DNA of 59,252 nucleotides, filler included. It is 3 parts of 3 records of this genome, joined end to end, with 100 filler letters (N's around TTAATTAATTAA, not from the genome) between each part and the next. Parts side by side here need not be neighbours in the genome. Positions count along the whole stretch, not along the records: positions 21,945 to 39,077 come from SRR31156797_28668; positions 39,178 to 59,252 come from SRR31156797_28682; 1 more part is not named here. One strand, 5' to 3'. Position numbers and translations under genes: made by a program. The stretch's first letter is position 1. Each line of letters begins with the position of its first letter. Positions 29,809 through 40,194 of the stretch are shown piece by piece. The notes beneath the pieces were generated by a model. That model made no database searches. It was not told the origin of the DNA and saw nothing but the letters and a program-made list of their open reading frames with translations.

Positions 29809-32253
29809 CTAAACCTTGATTAACTTAACTGGCGTATTCCACCAGAGCGGATACCCGCTGACCGGATCGTTTATGGCCTTGACGATATTGTTCGGGTTGA
29901 CGCCCTTATCCTTCTGATATTCATCATAGGCCGTGTGACCAAAACCGAGCGGCATGTAGACCACCCCCGGCATTGCGCCCTCAAACAGATCTACCCGCAC
30001 CTCTAGTTGCCCCAAGGGTGACTTGACAACGGCCCGGTCTCCCTGGTGCAATCTGTATTTGGCGGCAGTTGCGGGGTTCATGGCGGCGAAGGATTCGTCC
30101 TTTAAGAGCTGACTTGCAAAAATGGTCTTGTAGAGAAAGGGCGGGGTCGGAATCCATCCGCCTGAGAGATTAATCATCTCGTAGGGGACCATGAAAAGGG
30201 GATATTTAGAGCGATCAACCCCCAGTTTCGGCGCATGGTAATGTCCCATGAAAGATTCAACACCGGCGACCCGAATACCCATCAGGGCTGCCTTCCCCGA
30301 TACAGCCTGCTGCAGTTTCCGGCTGACAAACTCGAATTTTCCGCTGGGTGTCTCAAAAAGGCCCTTCCATGATGCGGCAAGCCTAACCGGTCGATACCAC
30401 ATGCCTCCCGATTTCATGGCTTCCCACATTTCATCAAAGGAGCCATAGGTCGGTTTCCGTCCATTTCCAAGAGCTTTGAATTTCCAGGGGGGATTTGAAG
30501 GATCATAGCTGACAAGCCCGCCGCCCGCATCAAACAGACCTTTTGCACGAACCTGAAGCACCTCTTCAAAATTTTCCCAGGGGAACGCACTGCCGGTGGC
30601 ATCGCCCACGGCCTTGGAAAGGGAAATAACAACATCTCCCGTATTTTGCGTGTCGTTTACCGGTTCGACCACCGGTCTGGAGAGTCCATAAAGGGGATAC
30701 TGCAATCCCACGGGCCAGACCATGTCCTCCATTTTTTCGAGATAATTATGATCCGGCAAGATCAGATCCGCCATGTTGGCGGTTTCATCGCGGTATGGAG
30801 AAAAACTCACAATGAACGGGATCTTTTCCAAGGCATTTTTAAACCCGCCGCCATCGGGAACGGTAAAAAACGGGTTTGCTGAGAACACGAGAAGGGTATC
30901 GATGGGTGATTTGCCGCTTTTGTTAATGGCTTCGGCAAAACGGTTAATCAGGCTCCGGGTGAAAGGAAAAGCCGGCGTGCCCGCACCATCGATGCGCGGC
31001 TTCTTCAGGCCGTTTGCCGCCACTTTATCAGGCTCGAAATCAGGCAGGGGCGCCAAGGGAAGGGGGTCCGGAAGCAGAACGCCTCCCGGTCGATTTATCC
31101 TTCCCGCAACCGCGTTGAGGCTTTGAACCGCCATAAATTCATAGAGGCTGCCGTTCAGATTGTTTTTCCCTTTTCCGTAAATGGCAACCGGCGCTTTTGC
31201 TTTGCTGAAATCATCCGCCAGAGCGGTAATGGTTTCCGCATCCACCCCGGTGATCCTTTCCACCTGAGCAGGAGAATATTTTTTCAACACGATCGACTTA
31301 AAGCCGGACTCTTTTTGACCATCTGAAGACGTCAGATCATTAAAGCCATAGGTAAAACCGTTTACAAACTGTTCGTCTAAACGTCCCTTCTTGATCAGAA
31401 CATGCACTATTCCCAAGGCCAAAGCACCATCGGTCCCCGGTCTGGGCGCCACCCAGAAATCCGCCTTGGATGCGGTATTGGAGGCCCGGGATTCGATCTG
31501 GACAACCTTTGTGTTACGTTTGGCCGGATTGGCGCTGTGCCACATGCCCCATGTATTCATAACCCGGCCCGGAGCCCCCCAGCCTTCCAGCAACCCGGCC
31601 CCGAAGCTCAATACATAATCGGAATTTTCCAGATCGTAGGCCATGGGGCCTGATTTCCCCGACATCAGAAGGTTACCCATATCATAGGTATCCGTAATGG
31701 TGCCGGGTTTTACGTAATTGGGACTTCCAACGGCCCGCATGAATCTTTCGATGAGCAGGGATGTGGTCGTTCCCGCAACATTTCCGTCAACGGCGGCTAT
31801 GGCTTCGGGCTTTCCGGCTTTTCTGAGGTTTGCGATTCTACCCGCCAAAATATCATAGGCCTCACCCCAGGTGATGTTCACAAACAGACCTTCACCTCTG
31901 GCACCCACCCGCTTCATGGGACCCGGAAACCGCATATCGTTGTCGTAGAGCAGTTGAAGGCCGCCCATGCCAACCGGACAGATACCCCCTGGATTAATGG
32001 GATAATCGGTGCGGCCTTCAATTTTCACAGCCCTCTCTTCGACCTTTCTGACAAAAATTCCGCATCCGCCCGGGCAAAGGTTGCAAACGGTGTTTTCTTC
32101 CGTAACGGCCCCCGTGGACGGGACAGGTACCCACGGCCAGTTCTGGGTCCATATGGCGACATCGTCCGTAATCTTCCAGGGTAGCGGCGTGACCTGAATC
32201 CCCACGACCCCGCCGACGACAGATGCGATGAAATTTCTTCTGGTTATTTTCAT
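29809..32253 (-). CDS. qrcB: menaquinone reductase molybdopterin-oxidoreductase-like subunit QrcB
   Basis: Tat signal MKITRRNFI, Qrc-type TPLPWKITDDVAIWTQNWPWVP segment and DMSO-reductase-family fold motifs. Start moved to 32253 on RBS spacing. Confidence 0.88.
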   Translation of the reverse strand: MKITRRNFIASVVGGVVGIQVTPLPWKITDDVAIWTQNWPWVPVPSTGAVTEENTVCNLCPGGCGIFVRKVEERAVKIEGRTDYPINPGGICPVGMGGLQLLYDNDMRFPGPMKRVGARGEGLFVNITWGEAYDILAGRIANLRKAGKPEAIAAVDGNVAGTTTSLLIERFMRAVGSPNYVKPGTITDTYDMGNLLMSGKSGPMAYDLENSDYVLSFGAGLLEGWGAPGRVMNTWGMWHSANPAKRNTKVVQIESRASNTASKADFWVAPRPGTDGALALGIVHVLIKKGRLDEQFVNGFTYGFNDLTSSDGQKESGFKSIVLKKYSPAQVERITGVDAETITALADDFSKAKAPVAIYGKGKNNLNGSLYEFMAVQSLNAVAGRINRPGGVLLPDPLPLAPLPDFEPDKVAANGLKKPRIDGAGTPAFPFTRSLINRFAEAINKSGKSPIDTLLVFSANPFFTVPDGGGFKNALEKIPFIVSFSPYRDETANMADLILPDHNYLEKMEDMVWPVGLQYPLYGLSRPVVEPVNDTQNTGDVVISLSKAVGDATGSAFPWENFEEVLQVRAKGLFDAGGGLVSYDPSNPPWKFKALGNGRKPTYGSFDEMWEAMKSGGMWYRPVRLAASWKGLFETPSGKFEFVSRKLQQAVSGKAALMGIRVAGVESFMGHYHAPKLGVDRSKYPLFMVPYEMINLSGGWIPTPPFLYKTIFASQLLKDESFAAMNPATAAKYRLHQGDRAVVKSPLGQLEVRVDLFEGAMPGVVYMPLGFGHTAYDEYQKDKGVNPNNIVKAINDPVSGYPLWWNTPVKLIKV

Positions 32254-32266
32254 GGTCATCTTCCCC

Positions 32267-32983
32267 TTATTTGTGACACACGAAACAGGCGTTATTCTGT
32301 TCCTGTCCCTTTTCTGTATGGCATCTGGCACAATCATCCATCTTCATACGATCAGCATACGTCTTGTTCAGATAAAGCCCGGAGATATTTTTTCCCCAGA
32401 TATTGATGCTGTAGCCCGTTAACCGGTTTTCAACATACAACGGCAGTTTTTCGTTGCCGGCAAAATTCCCATGACAGGCGGCACATTCCAATTCTCCCAT
32501 TTTTACGTGGGCAATGTGGGAGAAATAAACGCAGTCCGGCTGTTTTGAATAAACCAGCCAGGGAATTTCCTTTTCAGGCTCCACGTATTCCACCATGAAC
32601 GCTTTTTCTTCCGGCGTTTCCCCCAGGGGAGATTCGGGATCATCATGGCATTCCGTGCATTTTTCCAGTTTTGGAATGCCCGCAAAGCTACCATCCTCTC
32701 GAAATTCATGACAGCTTTGACATTTCTCCTGGGGCGTATCCCCCTCAATGCCGTCCACTATTTCCGAATCAAGGTGCAATGCGTGATTGAAGTTAATGGG
32801 CTGCGGCTGTTTGGAATACAGCAGCGCGGGAAAAACGACCCAACCCACAATCAGTGCGCCGACAAGCCCTAGGACAAGGAAACTGATGTCTTGAACGACT
32901 AGACTGAGGTTGATCCACTTTGGGACCAAGCCGCCATTGGATGATTGGGTTCCGTTTTCAGCGGGATTCGATTGGTTTTTCAT
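32267..32983 (-). CDS. qrcA: membrane-anchored multiheme cytochrome c QrcA
   Basis: N-terminal TM, QPINFNH, five CxxCH motifs, QPDCVYFSHIAH and a C-terminal ACFVCHK. Confidence 0.92.
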   Translation of the reverse strand: MKNQSNPAENGTQSSNGGLVPKWINLSLVVQDISFLVLGLVGALIVGWVVFPALLYSKQPQPINFNHALHLDSEIVDGIEGDTPQEKCQSCHEFREDGSFAGIPKLEKCTECHDDPESPLGETPEEKAFMVEYVEPEKEIPWLVYSKQPDCVYFSHIAHVKMGELECAACHGNFAGNEKLPLYVENRLTGYSINIWGKNISGLYLNKTYADRMKMDDCARCHTEKGQEQNNACFVCHK

Positions 32984-33069
32984 GGTTGTAAGCCTCTTGC
33001 GTCCGGTTATGGGTTGAATAAATTAAAGGGGCCGACAGTTTCGGGTATTTACCCGATCGAGCCTCATTT

Positions 33070-33091
33070 TGTCAAGTGAAAAATATCACAC
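33070..33091 (-). promoter_or_regulatory. TTGACA -35 with an adjacent Rex/CRP-like palindrome upstream of qrcA
   Basis: AAGTGA-AAAATA-TCACAC (33074-33091) overlaps a minus-strand TTGACA (33070-33075). The -10 is unclear. Confidence 0.4.
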
Positions 33092-33151
33092 ACAACACAA
33101 AATGAGGACTTTACCGCTGCCCACCTTTCCGATATTCGCATGAACGGGACA

Positions 33152-33337
33152 CTAAAACCTTCTTATTTTTTTCCGTCGTCTTTTCGCTGCCTTAGCCTGT
33201 TTCTTTTTTTTCTGGACGCTCGGTTTATCATAAAAACGTCGCTCTTTGATCTCCGAAAAAAAACCTTCTTTGGTCAACTTTCTTTTTAAATCCTTAATGG
33301 CCTTTTCAATCTGATTATCACGAACAATTACTTTCAT
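33152..33337 (-). CDS. rpsU: 30S ribosomal protein S21
   Basis: 61 aa, basic; IEKAIKDLKRK...ERRFYDKPS matches the S21 pattern. Confidence 0.92.
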   Translation of the reverse strand: MKVIVRDNQIEKAIKDLKRKLTKEGFFSEIKERRFYDKPSVQKKKKQAKAAKRRRKKIRRF

Positions 33338-33655
33338 AGGGATATAACCTCGTCTTGCAAGAAATTCTCTGATTCAAAAAAAAACACCTCACAACCAACA
33401 GAGATGCTTTTCCTCGCTTTCAACAGCGGACGAATTCTAATTTTTCATCATTATATATGGATCACTATCATATCGGTATCGGGGTCCACCTGTTGGATAT
33501 GCGATGAAAGTCCAAAAGCTCTCGTATGTTTGGGGGGCATGCAGCATCTGCCGGGACCGTAAGGTCTCGCAAAATATAAATCCACTGATATACTTACGGC
33601 CATTAAAAATCACCCCCTTTACGCAAATTACATCTTCCAATTAACTTAGCTGTTC

Positions 33656-33684
33656 AGTCTATTTTTAAAATTATGTTTTGTCAA
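33656..33684 (-). promoter_or_regulatory. near-consensus sigma70 promoter upstream of rpsU
   Basis: TTGACA-N17-TAGACT on the minus strand. Confidence 0.55.
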
Positions 33685-33701
33685 TCCTTTTCCACTTTTG
33701 G

Positions 33702-35102
33702 CTATTTTTTTCGACGGGAGAGTTTGGCAACTGCCTCAATGTGGAATGTATGTGGGAACATATCAACCGGTTGAATTTCATTTAATTCGTAATGCTCGAC
33801 CATGATTTCCAGATCCCTGGCCAAGGTCGTGGGGTTGCACGAAACATAAATGATCCGTTTAGGAGCAAGGGCCAGTGTTTCGGCCAGCACATCCTTGTGC
33901 ATTCCCGCACGCGGCGGATCAATGATCATAAGATCCGGTTTAAACCCTGTTGTTCCGAGTTTTTCACGGATATCTCCGCATACAAACCGACAGTTCCCAA
34001 CACCGTTTTCCAAAGCATTCCTGTGGGCATCCGCTGTTGCGCTTTGGCTGATCTCTATGCCGGTAACCGAGCGGACCCTGTGGGCAAGGAATATGGGAAT
34101 GGTTCCCGTGCCGCTGTACAGGTCAAGCACATTTTCAGTACCTTTTGGATTTGCATAACGAAGCACTTGGTTATACAGTTTCAGAGCGGCGGATGTATTG
34201 GTTTGAAAAAACGAATTTGCCGAAACCCGGAAAGTGAAGGGACCGATTTTGTCGCTGATAAACCCATCTCCCCTGAGCACTTTCTCTTTTTCGCCAACGG
34301 CAATGGAAGCCTTTCGCCCGTTGATATTGTTAACAACGGTTTTGATATTCGGAAACTTTCGGCAAAGGCGGTCAGCCAGAGGCTGAACCGTGGATAAATT
34401 TTCCTCTGAAGTCACCAGATTGACCATCCACTGGTCGAATGCGGCAGAATGCCGAATGGTCAAATAGCGCCAAAAACCTTTGTGACTCTTCAAACCGTAA
34501 ACCGGTACATCCGATTGCTTCACATAATGACCCACTTCCTTTAGAATCCCGTTTCCCGTTTGCCGCTGCAGCAGACATGCCTCCATATCAATAACCTTAT
34601 GATATGTTCCGGGCACGTGGAGCCCCAATGCAAAATCCTCACTTTTTTCTCTAAAGGGAAGTTCATGGGGAAGATACCAGCGCCTGTCGGAAAAGGAAAA
34701 CTCCATCTTATTTCTGTATCCGAAAATATTTTCCGAAGGGAGCAGTGGTCGAACCGGCACATCCTTGAGTCCTGCGATATGCTCAAGGGGTTCCTTTACA
34801 TGCTCTCGTTTAAAAACCAACTGCTTGTCATAGGCCACATGCTGCCATTGGCAGCCTCCGCAGTAGCCCGCATAGGGACAGGCCGTTTCAATTCGATCGG
34901 ATGATGCATCCAGTAATTCCACAAGGCCGGCTTCCGCATAATCCTTTTTTTTCTTGTATATCCTGGCCAATACCCTGTCACCGGGAACCGTGCCCCGCAC
35001 AAAGATCACAAATCCGTCCAGGCGGGCGATGCCACGCCCCCCATAGGCCATCTTTTCGATATTCAGCTCAACCGTATGCCCTTTTCGCAATTTCATGGTC
35101 AT
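33702..35102 (-). CDS. rlmD: 23S rRNA (uracil-1939-C5)-methyltransferase
   Basis: TRAM domain, Fe-S motif CPYAGYCGGC, YRNKMEF, SFFQTN, DPPRAG, YVSCNP and DMFPHTFHIE. Start probably at 35102 or 35096. Confidence 0.92.
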   Translation of the reverse strand: MTMKLRKGHTVELNIEKMAYGGRGIARLDGFVIFVRGTVPGDRVLARIYKKKKDYAEAGLVELLDASSDRIETACPYAGYCGGCQWQHVAYDKQLVFKREHVKEPLEHIAGLKDVPVRPLLPSENIFGYRNKMEFSFSDRRWYLPHELPFREKSEDFALGLHVPGTYHKVIDMEACLLQRQTGNGILKEVGHYVKQSDVPVYGLKSHKGFWRYLTIRHSAAFDQWMVNLVTSEENLSTVQPLADRLCRKFPNIKTVVNNINGRKASIAVGEKEKVLRGDGFISDKIGPFTFRVSANSFFQTNTSAALKLYNQVLRYANPKGTENVLDLYSGTGTIPIFLAHRVRSVTGIEISQSATADAHRNALENGVGNCRFVCGDIREKLGTTGFKPDLMIIDPPRAGMHKDVLAETLALAPKRIIYVSCNPTTLARDLEIMVEHYELNEIQPVDMFPHTFHIEAVAKLSRRKK

Positions 35103-35311
35103 GCACTCAATATTTGGGAGTGTTTGTACACTTGAATTTGGAGACGTCATCAAAATTTTAATCGACGAGCGCTGACTTTAATGATATCTATGACTAAAGT
35201 CAATGGTTCAGGAAATCAACAGTCCGTTTGATGCCAATGATGGTTCGCCGTCAATGGATTGAGATTCAATCGCGATGCAATTGACTGCCAATTTTAATAC
35301 AGAGGCTTGAT

Positions 35312-35677
35312 ATGAAGGAAATATTCCGAATACCGGTTCTGAATGGACATGGGGGACTTTTGGTGTTTCTGCTAGTCATTTTCGCCTTGCCGGCCGTAAC
35401 CCTTTCCATGGACAACAATACCGAAAAAAAAGACGAAATATTTGAGTCGACCCTCATCAAAGACAAAGGCGACTACGGCGTTTTCATCGAGGGCCGGCGG
35501 TACCGGGTTACCGAATCGACGATTATTTTTGATATTTTGGGGAAAAAAATCCCCTTGTGTGACCTCCCCGTCCCCTGTGAAGCGCTGGTGGAATACCGGG
35601 TGGTCGAAGAGCAAAACCCCGTCTGCCTGAAAATAGAGGTCAAACGACTTCTGGAAGACTCTAAGGATACAAGCTGA
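35312..35677 (+). CDS. hypothetical exported/membrane-anchored protein
   Basis: 121 aa with a hydrophobic N-terminal segment, GAGG RBS and a small beta-rich domain. Confidence 0.6.
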   Translation: MKEIFRIPVLNGHGGLLVFLLVIFALPAVTLSMDNNTEKKDEIFESTLIKDKGDYGVFIEGRRYRVTESTIIFDILGKKIPLCDLPVPCEALVEYRVVEEQNPVCLKIEVKRLLEDSKDTS

Positions 35678-35759
35678 GATTAGGTGCTAAGGGCGCAGGT
35701 TAGCGCCCTGAAAATAAACCCATAAAGACTCGTCCACATTTCAATTGCTCCGGCATAAC

Positions 35760-37466
35760 ATGCTCTCCAATCTGAACATCCATAATTTCGCCATTATCGA
35801 CAATCTGTCACTTGCCCTGCAAAAGGGCCTTAATACACTTTCCGGCGAAACGGGTGCCGGCAAATCCATCATTATAAATGCCATCAACCTTATTTTGGGA
35901 ACAAGATCTTCCACAGACCAGATTCGCACAGGTTCCAAGGAAGCATCCATTGAAGCACACTTTATTTTTCCCAACAATCCGGAATTGAAGCACCTGCTGC
36001 AGGAATGGAATATTGATTTTAACAGTGATCTCAAAATCAAAAGAATCATTTCCCGTGCAGGACGAAACAAGATATTTATCAACGATTCCCCGGCCACACT
36101 TCAGATGCTGGGCCGGTTGGCACCCCATATGGTCAGTGTCTCCGGCCAGCATGCTCACCAACACCTGTTAAAGCCGGACCACACCCTTTACCTGCTGGAT
36201 GAGTTCAGCGGGCTGGAAGAAGACCGCAATCATTTCAGCAGCGACTTTGAGAAATACCAGATACTAAAAGGCCAAATCAGGGACAGTGAGAAATCGATTG
36301 TTGAACACAAGGACCGCTGGGAACTGGGCGGTTTCCAACTTCAGGAAATTGAACGTGTGCAACCCAAACCCGGTGAAGACGAACTTCTAAACGAGGAAAA
36401 AATCCGCCTCCAGCACGCCGAAAAACTGTTGGAAATCGCTCGAAACGGATATCAAACCCTTTATGAACACAATGACGCCATTCTCTCGGTCCTTTCCCGC
36501 TGTGGCAAGCACATCTCAAAAGGCGCCCAACTGGACAAACGTCTTTTGCCCATAGCTGATGCCCTGTCCGAAATCGAAATCAACATTGAGGATGTATCTT
36601 TTTCGCTACGGGATTTTCAGGAAACAATTCAGATTGATCCCAAACGGTTGGCAGCCGTAGTCGACCGGCTTGAGGCGCTAAACGGTCTCAAACGAAAATA
36701 TGGCGGCACCATTGAAGATGTCTTACGTTTCAAACGGAAACTAACCTCCCGGTTTGACGATCTGACTGAAAAAAAAGAGGCGTTGGCAACGCTCATCAAG
36801 AAATGTAAAGCATTGGAAATCGTTCTGATTAATCAGGCTGAAGACCTTTCCCGGAAAAGACGAGCGGGTGCGCAAGGGCTTAAAACGGCAATGGAAAAGG
36901 AACTCCGCCAGCTGCATATGAAAGATGCACGATTTGAAGCCATATTTGAGGAGGACCCGCTGACAATCGGTGATTCGGAAGGTGATCCTATTAAGGCGCT
37001 GGGTCCCAACGGCTTTGATCACGTGGCCTTCATGCTTTCCACCAATCCGGGTGAAGCCGTAAAACCCATGTCAACCATCGCTTCAGGTGGCGAACTCTCC
37101 AGAATCATGCTGGCCATCAAAACCATCCTTGCCAAAAGCGCATTTGTGGAAACCATCGTTTTTGATGAAGTGGACGCGGGCATCAGCGGCGCCACGGCCG
37201 AGGTTGTGGGTGAAAAGCTTTTTTCACTGGCCGCGTTTCATCAGATTTTGTGTATCACCCACCTGCCCCAGATTGCTTGCCAGGGAGAAAACCATTTTCT
37301 CGTCAAAAAAGAGGTCACGAACGGTCGAACCCGGGCGATCATCACCAAACTTACACCCGGGGCGAGGGTCAAAGAAATTGCAAGACTTCTCGGGGGCCGG
37401 AACACCACGTCACACGCCCTGGCGCACGCTGAAGCCATGCTGACCACAAAACCTCCATCCGTTTAA
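35760..37466 (+). CDS. recN: DNA repair protein RecN
   Basis: Walker A SGETGAGKS, signature ASGGELSR, FDEVDAG and ITHLPQIA. ATG start at 35760. Confidence 0.95.
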   Translation: MLSNLNIHNFAIIDNLSLALQKGLNTLSGETGAGKSIIINAINLILGTRSSTDQIRTGSKEASIEAHFIFPNNPELKHLLQEWNIDFNSDLKIKRIISRAGRNKIFINDSPATLQMLGRLAPHMVSVSGQHAHQHLLKPDHTLYLLDEFSGLEEDRNHFSSDFEKYQILKGQIRDSEKSIVEHKDRWELGGFQLQEIERVQPKPGEDELLNEEKIRLQHAEKLLEIARNGYQTLYEHNDAILSVLSRCGKHISKGAQLDKRLLPIADALSEIEINIEDVSFSLRDFQETIQIDPKRLAAVVDRLEALNGLKRKYGGTIEDVLRFKRKLTSRFDDLTEKKEALATLIKKCKALEIVLINQAEDLSRKRRAGAQGLKTAMEKELRQLHMKDARFEAIFEEDPLTIGDSEGDPIKALGPNGFDHVAFMLSTNPGEAVKPMSTIASGGELSRIMLAIKTILAKSAFVETIVFDEVDAGISGATAEVVGEKLFSLAAFHQILCITHLPQIACQGENHFLVKKEVTNGRTRAIITKLTPGARVKEIARLLGGRNTTSHALAHAEAMLTTKPPSV

Positions 37467-37494
37467 AAAATTGACATGATTGAAATTTTCAGGA

Positions 37495-37974
37495 TTAAGG
37501 TAGACTTTGTTTCTTGATGAGCATATTCAAGGACTGATTCCAGCGGTCAATTCTCAAAACGGTATGTTGCAGAACCTCTATCAGCACCTCTCTATTGAGT
37601 GGCTTCAGTAAAAAGTCGCTGGCGCCGCCGTCCAAAGCGTCCACAAGGTCATCCAAATCATCCGAAACCGTAATGACAATCACCTGTACGCGATTATTGT
37701 ATTTGGCTTTTATTTTGTGCAGAAGCTCTATGCCGCCGATGCCCGGCATCCTGAGATCCGTAATCACAATGACAAAGTTCTTATTTTCCAGATGATCAAG
37801 CGCCTCTTCTCCGGAAAAAACCGAGGTCACATTCCAATCTTTCAGGTATTTTTTTATCACCCCATGAATGATCGGATCATCATCAACGAAAAGAATGGGG
37901 GTATCGGGATTCTGAACCGGCTTTTTATCCCCTTTACCCATCATTTCCTTGCTTCTCTGCCACAATTTACCCAT
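37495..37974 (-). CDS. single-domain response regulator
   Basis: FVDDD, ITDLRMP and GASDFLLKP; no output domain. Confidence 0.85.
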   Translation of the reverse strand: MGKLWQRSKEMMGKGDKKPVQNPDTPILFVDDDPIIHGVIKKYLKDWNVTSVFSGEEALDHLENKNFVIVITDLRMPGIGGIELLHKIKAKYNNRVQVIVITVSDDLDDLVDALDGGASDFLLKPLNREVLIEVLQHTVLRIDRWNQSLNMLIKKQSLP

Positions 37975-38256
37975 TTGAAATAATTATCCCATCGGAAACA
38001 GGCCAAGTCTTTGGCAAGACAAACAGCGTCATTATACCGTATGAAATATCATATTTCTTTCATGTAGTCTCGACCAATGTCAAGGGCTTTTTCGGAATTT
38101 GCTGTCCGGTAGAACTTTTAAACAAAAATTTCACACAAAAACACGGCAACCCTTTTTTTCTTTGACTTGGCGACAGGTTCATCAATATATTAGCAGGATA
38201 TTTTTTTAGACACTAATTCACAACCTTCAATTTAAAATTCCAAGTGGGACCGAGCC

Positions 38257-39077
38257 ATGGCTACCGATTTCTACAAAATCCTTGGGGTTTCCAAGGGGAC
38301 TTCTGAAGAAAAAATTAAAAAGGCCTATCGCAAGCTGGCCCGAAAATGGCATCCTGACATCAACCCGGGAAATAAAGCGGCCGAAAAGAAATTCAAGGAA
38401 ATATCGGAGGCTTACGACTGTCTCGGCAATAAAGAAAAAAAAGCGCTTTATGATGAATTTGGTAATGACGGCCTCCAGGCCGGCTTTGACCCCGAAAAAG
38501 CCAGACAGCATTCACAGTGGGAGGGGTTCCGCCAGGGTGAACAGCGGGCAAAAAGCGAAGGATTCGGCCGGTACCAGAGCTATGAAGATGTTTTTGGCGA
38601 TATTTTCGGGTCCGACATGGGATCATCCGGTTTCCGCTCCCGATCCCCAGCGAGAGGAAGGGATCTCCAACATGATATGACCATTGATCTTGTTTCAGCG
38701 CTGAGAGGTTTTGAAACGGAACTCTCCATGCAGAAACCCAAGACCTGCGCCGTCTGCGGCGGATCCGGAAACGACCCCAATTCCACCTTGAGTACCTGCG
38801 CATATTGCGGTGGCTCAGGACGGCTGAACGTGGCAGAGGGGCCCATGCATTTTACCAAACCCTGCCCCCATTGCCAGGGTCACGGCCAAACCGGAAAGCC
38901 CTGCACGGCATGCAGCGGAAGCGGACAGATTTCGGGAATTGAAAAAATAAGGGTTGTGGTCCCGAAAGGCGTCAAGGAAGGCTCCAAAGTACGCATCGCC
39001 GGAAAAGGCGAACCCGGATCCGGTGGCGGCCAACCCGGGGACCTCTATCTGATCATTCATCTAAAACCCCATCCTTT
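38257..39077 (+). CDS. dnaJ: DnaJ chaperone (3'-truncated by the contig end)
   Basis: J-domain with HPD and four CxxCxGxG zinc-finger repeats. Runs into the linker. Confidence 0.9.
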
Positions 39078-39177
39078 NNNNNNNNNNNNNNNNNNNNNNN
39101 NNNNNNNNNNNNNNNNNNNNNTTAATTAATTAANNNNNNNNNNNNNNNNNNNNNNNNNNNNNNNNNNNNNNNNNNNN
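39078..39177. other. artificial contig linker
   Basis: 44 N + TTAATTAATTAA + 44 N. Confidence 0.98.
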
Positions 39178-39779
<602 letters not shown>

Positions 39780-39798
39780 TTAATTTTTAATTAACGAA

Positions 39799-40077
39799 TT
39801 AAAGTATGTACAGCACGTCTTGCTGCGACATTAATAAATAATCTTCATTTTCAATGCTGATTTCTGTACCGGAGTATTTTCCATAAAGTACAGTATCACC
39901 AACACTAACTACCATTGGTTCATCTTTCTTTGCCTCACCTACAAGTATAACTTTACCTTGTTGTGGTTTTTCTTTGGCACTGTCAGGGATGATAATGCCA
40001 CTTGCAGTTTTTTCTTCCGCTTCCTGTGGCTTCACTAATATTTTTCCAGGAAGTACTTTTCCATTCAATTCAGACAT
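39799..40077 (-). CDS. groS: co-chaperonin GroES
   Basis: EEKTASGIIIPDSAKEKP and GDTVLYGKYSGTE. Start at MSELNG (40077). Confidence 0.95.
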   Translation of the reverse strand: MSELNGKVLPGKILVKPQEAEEKTASGIIIPDSAKEKPQQGKVILVGEAKKDEPMVVSVGDTVLYGKYSGTEISIENEDYLLMSQQDVLYIL

Positions 40078-40129
40078 TTTGATAGTAATTAAGGTTAAAC
40101 AAAACATTTATATTTCCGCTCACTTAATT

Positions 40130-40191
40130 TCACAATTTGTGCCAATGCAGTTTTATGTCAATATTGACAGTTTTGGCATGTCAATTTTTCA
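40130..40191 (-). promoter_or_regulatory. sigma54-like -24/-12 element with upstream TG(A/C)CA repeats at groES
   Basis: Minus strand TGGCAC-AAATT-GTGA. Upstream are the palindrome TGTCAATATTGACA (40156-40169) and TGACA-N4-TGGCA (40165-40178). Confidence 0.45.
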
Positions 40192-40194
40192 TTG

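Noticed and set aside
2466-32983. tmc and qrc complexes in one respiratory supercluster
   Set aside because: They are separated by the 21845-21944 linker, so there is no evidence of physical linkage.
33437-33640. 67-aa ORF upstream of rpsU
   Set aside because: TTG start, no clear RBS and no protein-like features. More likely leader sequence.
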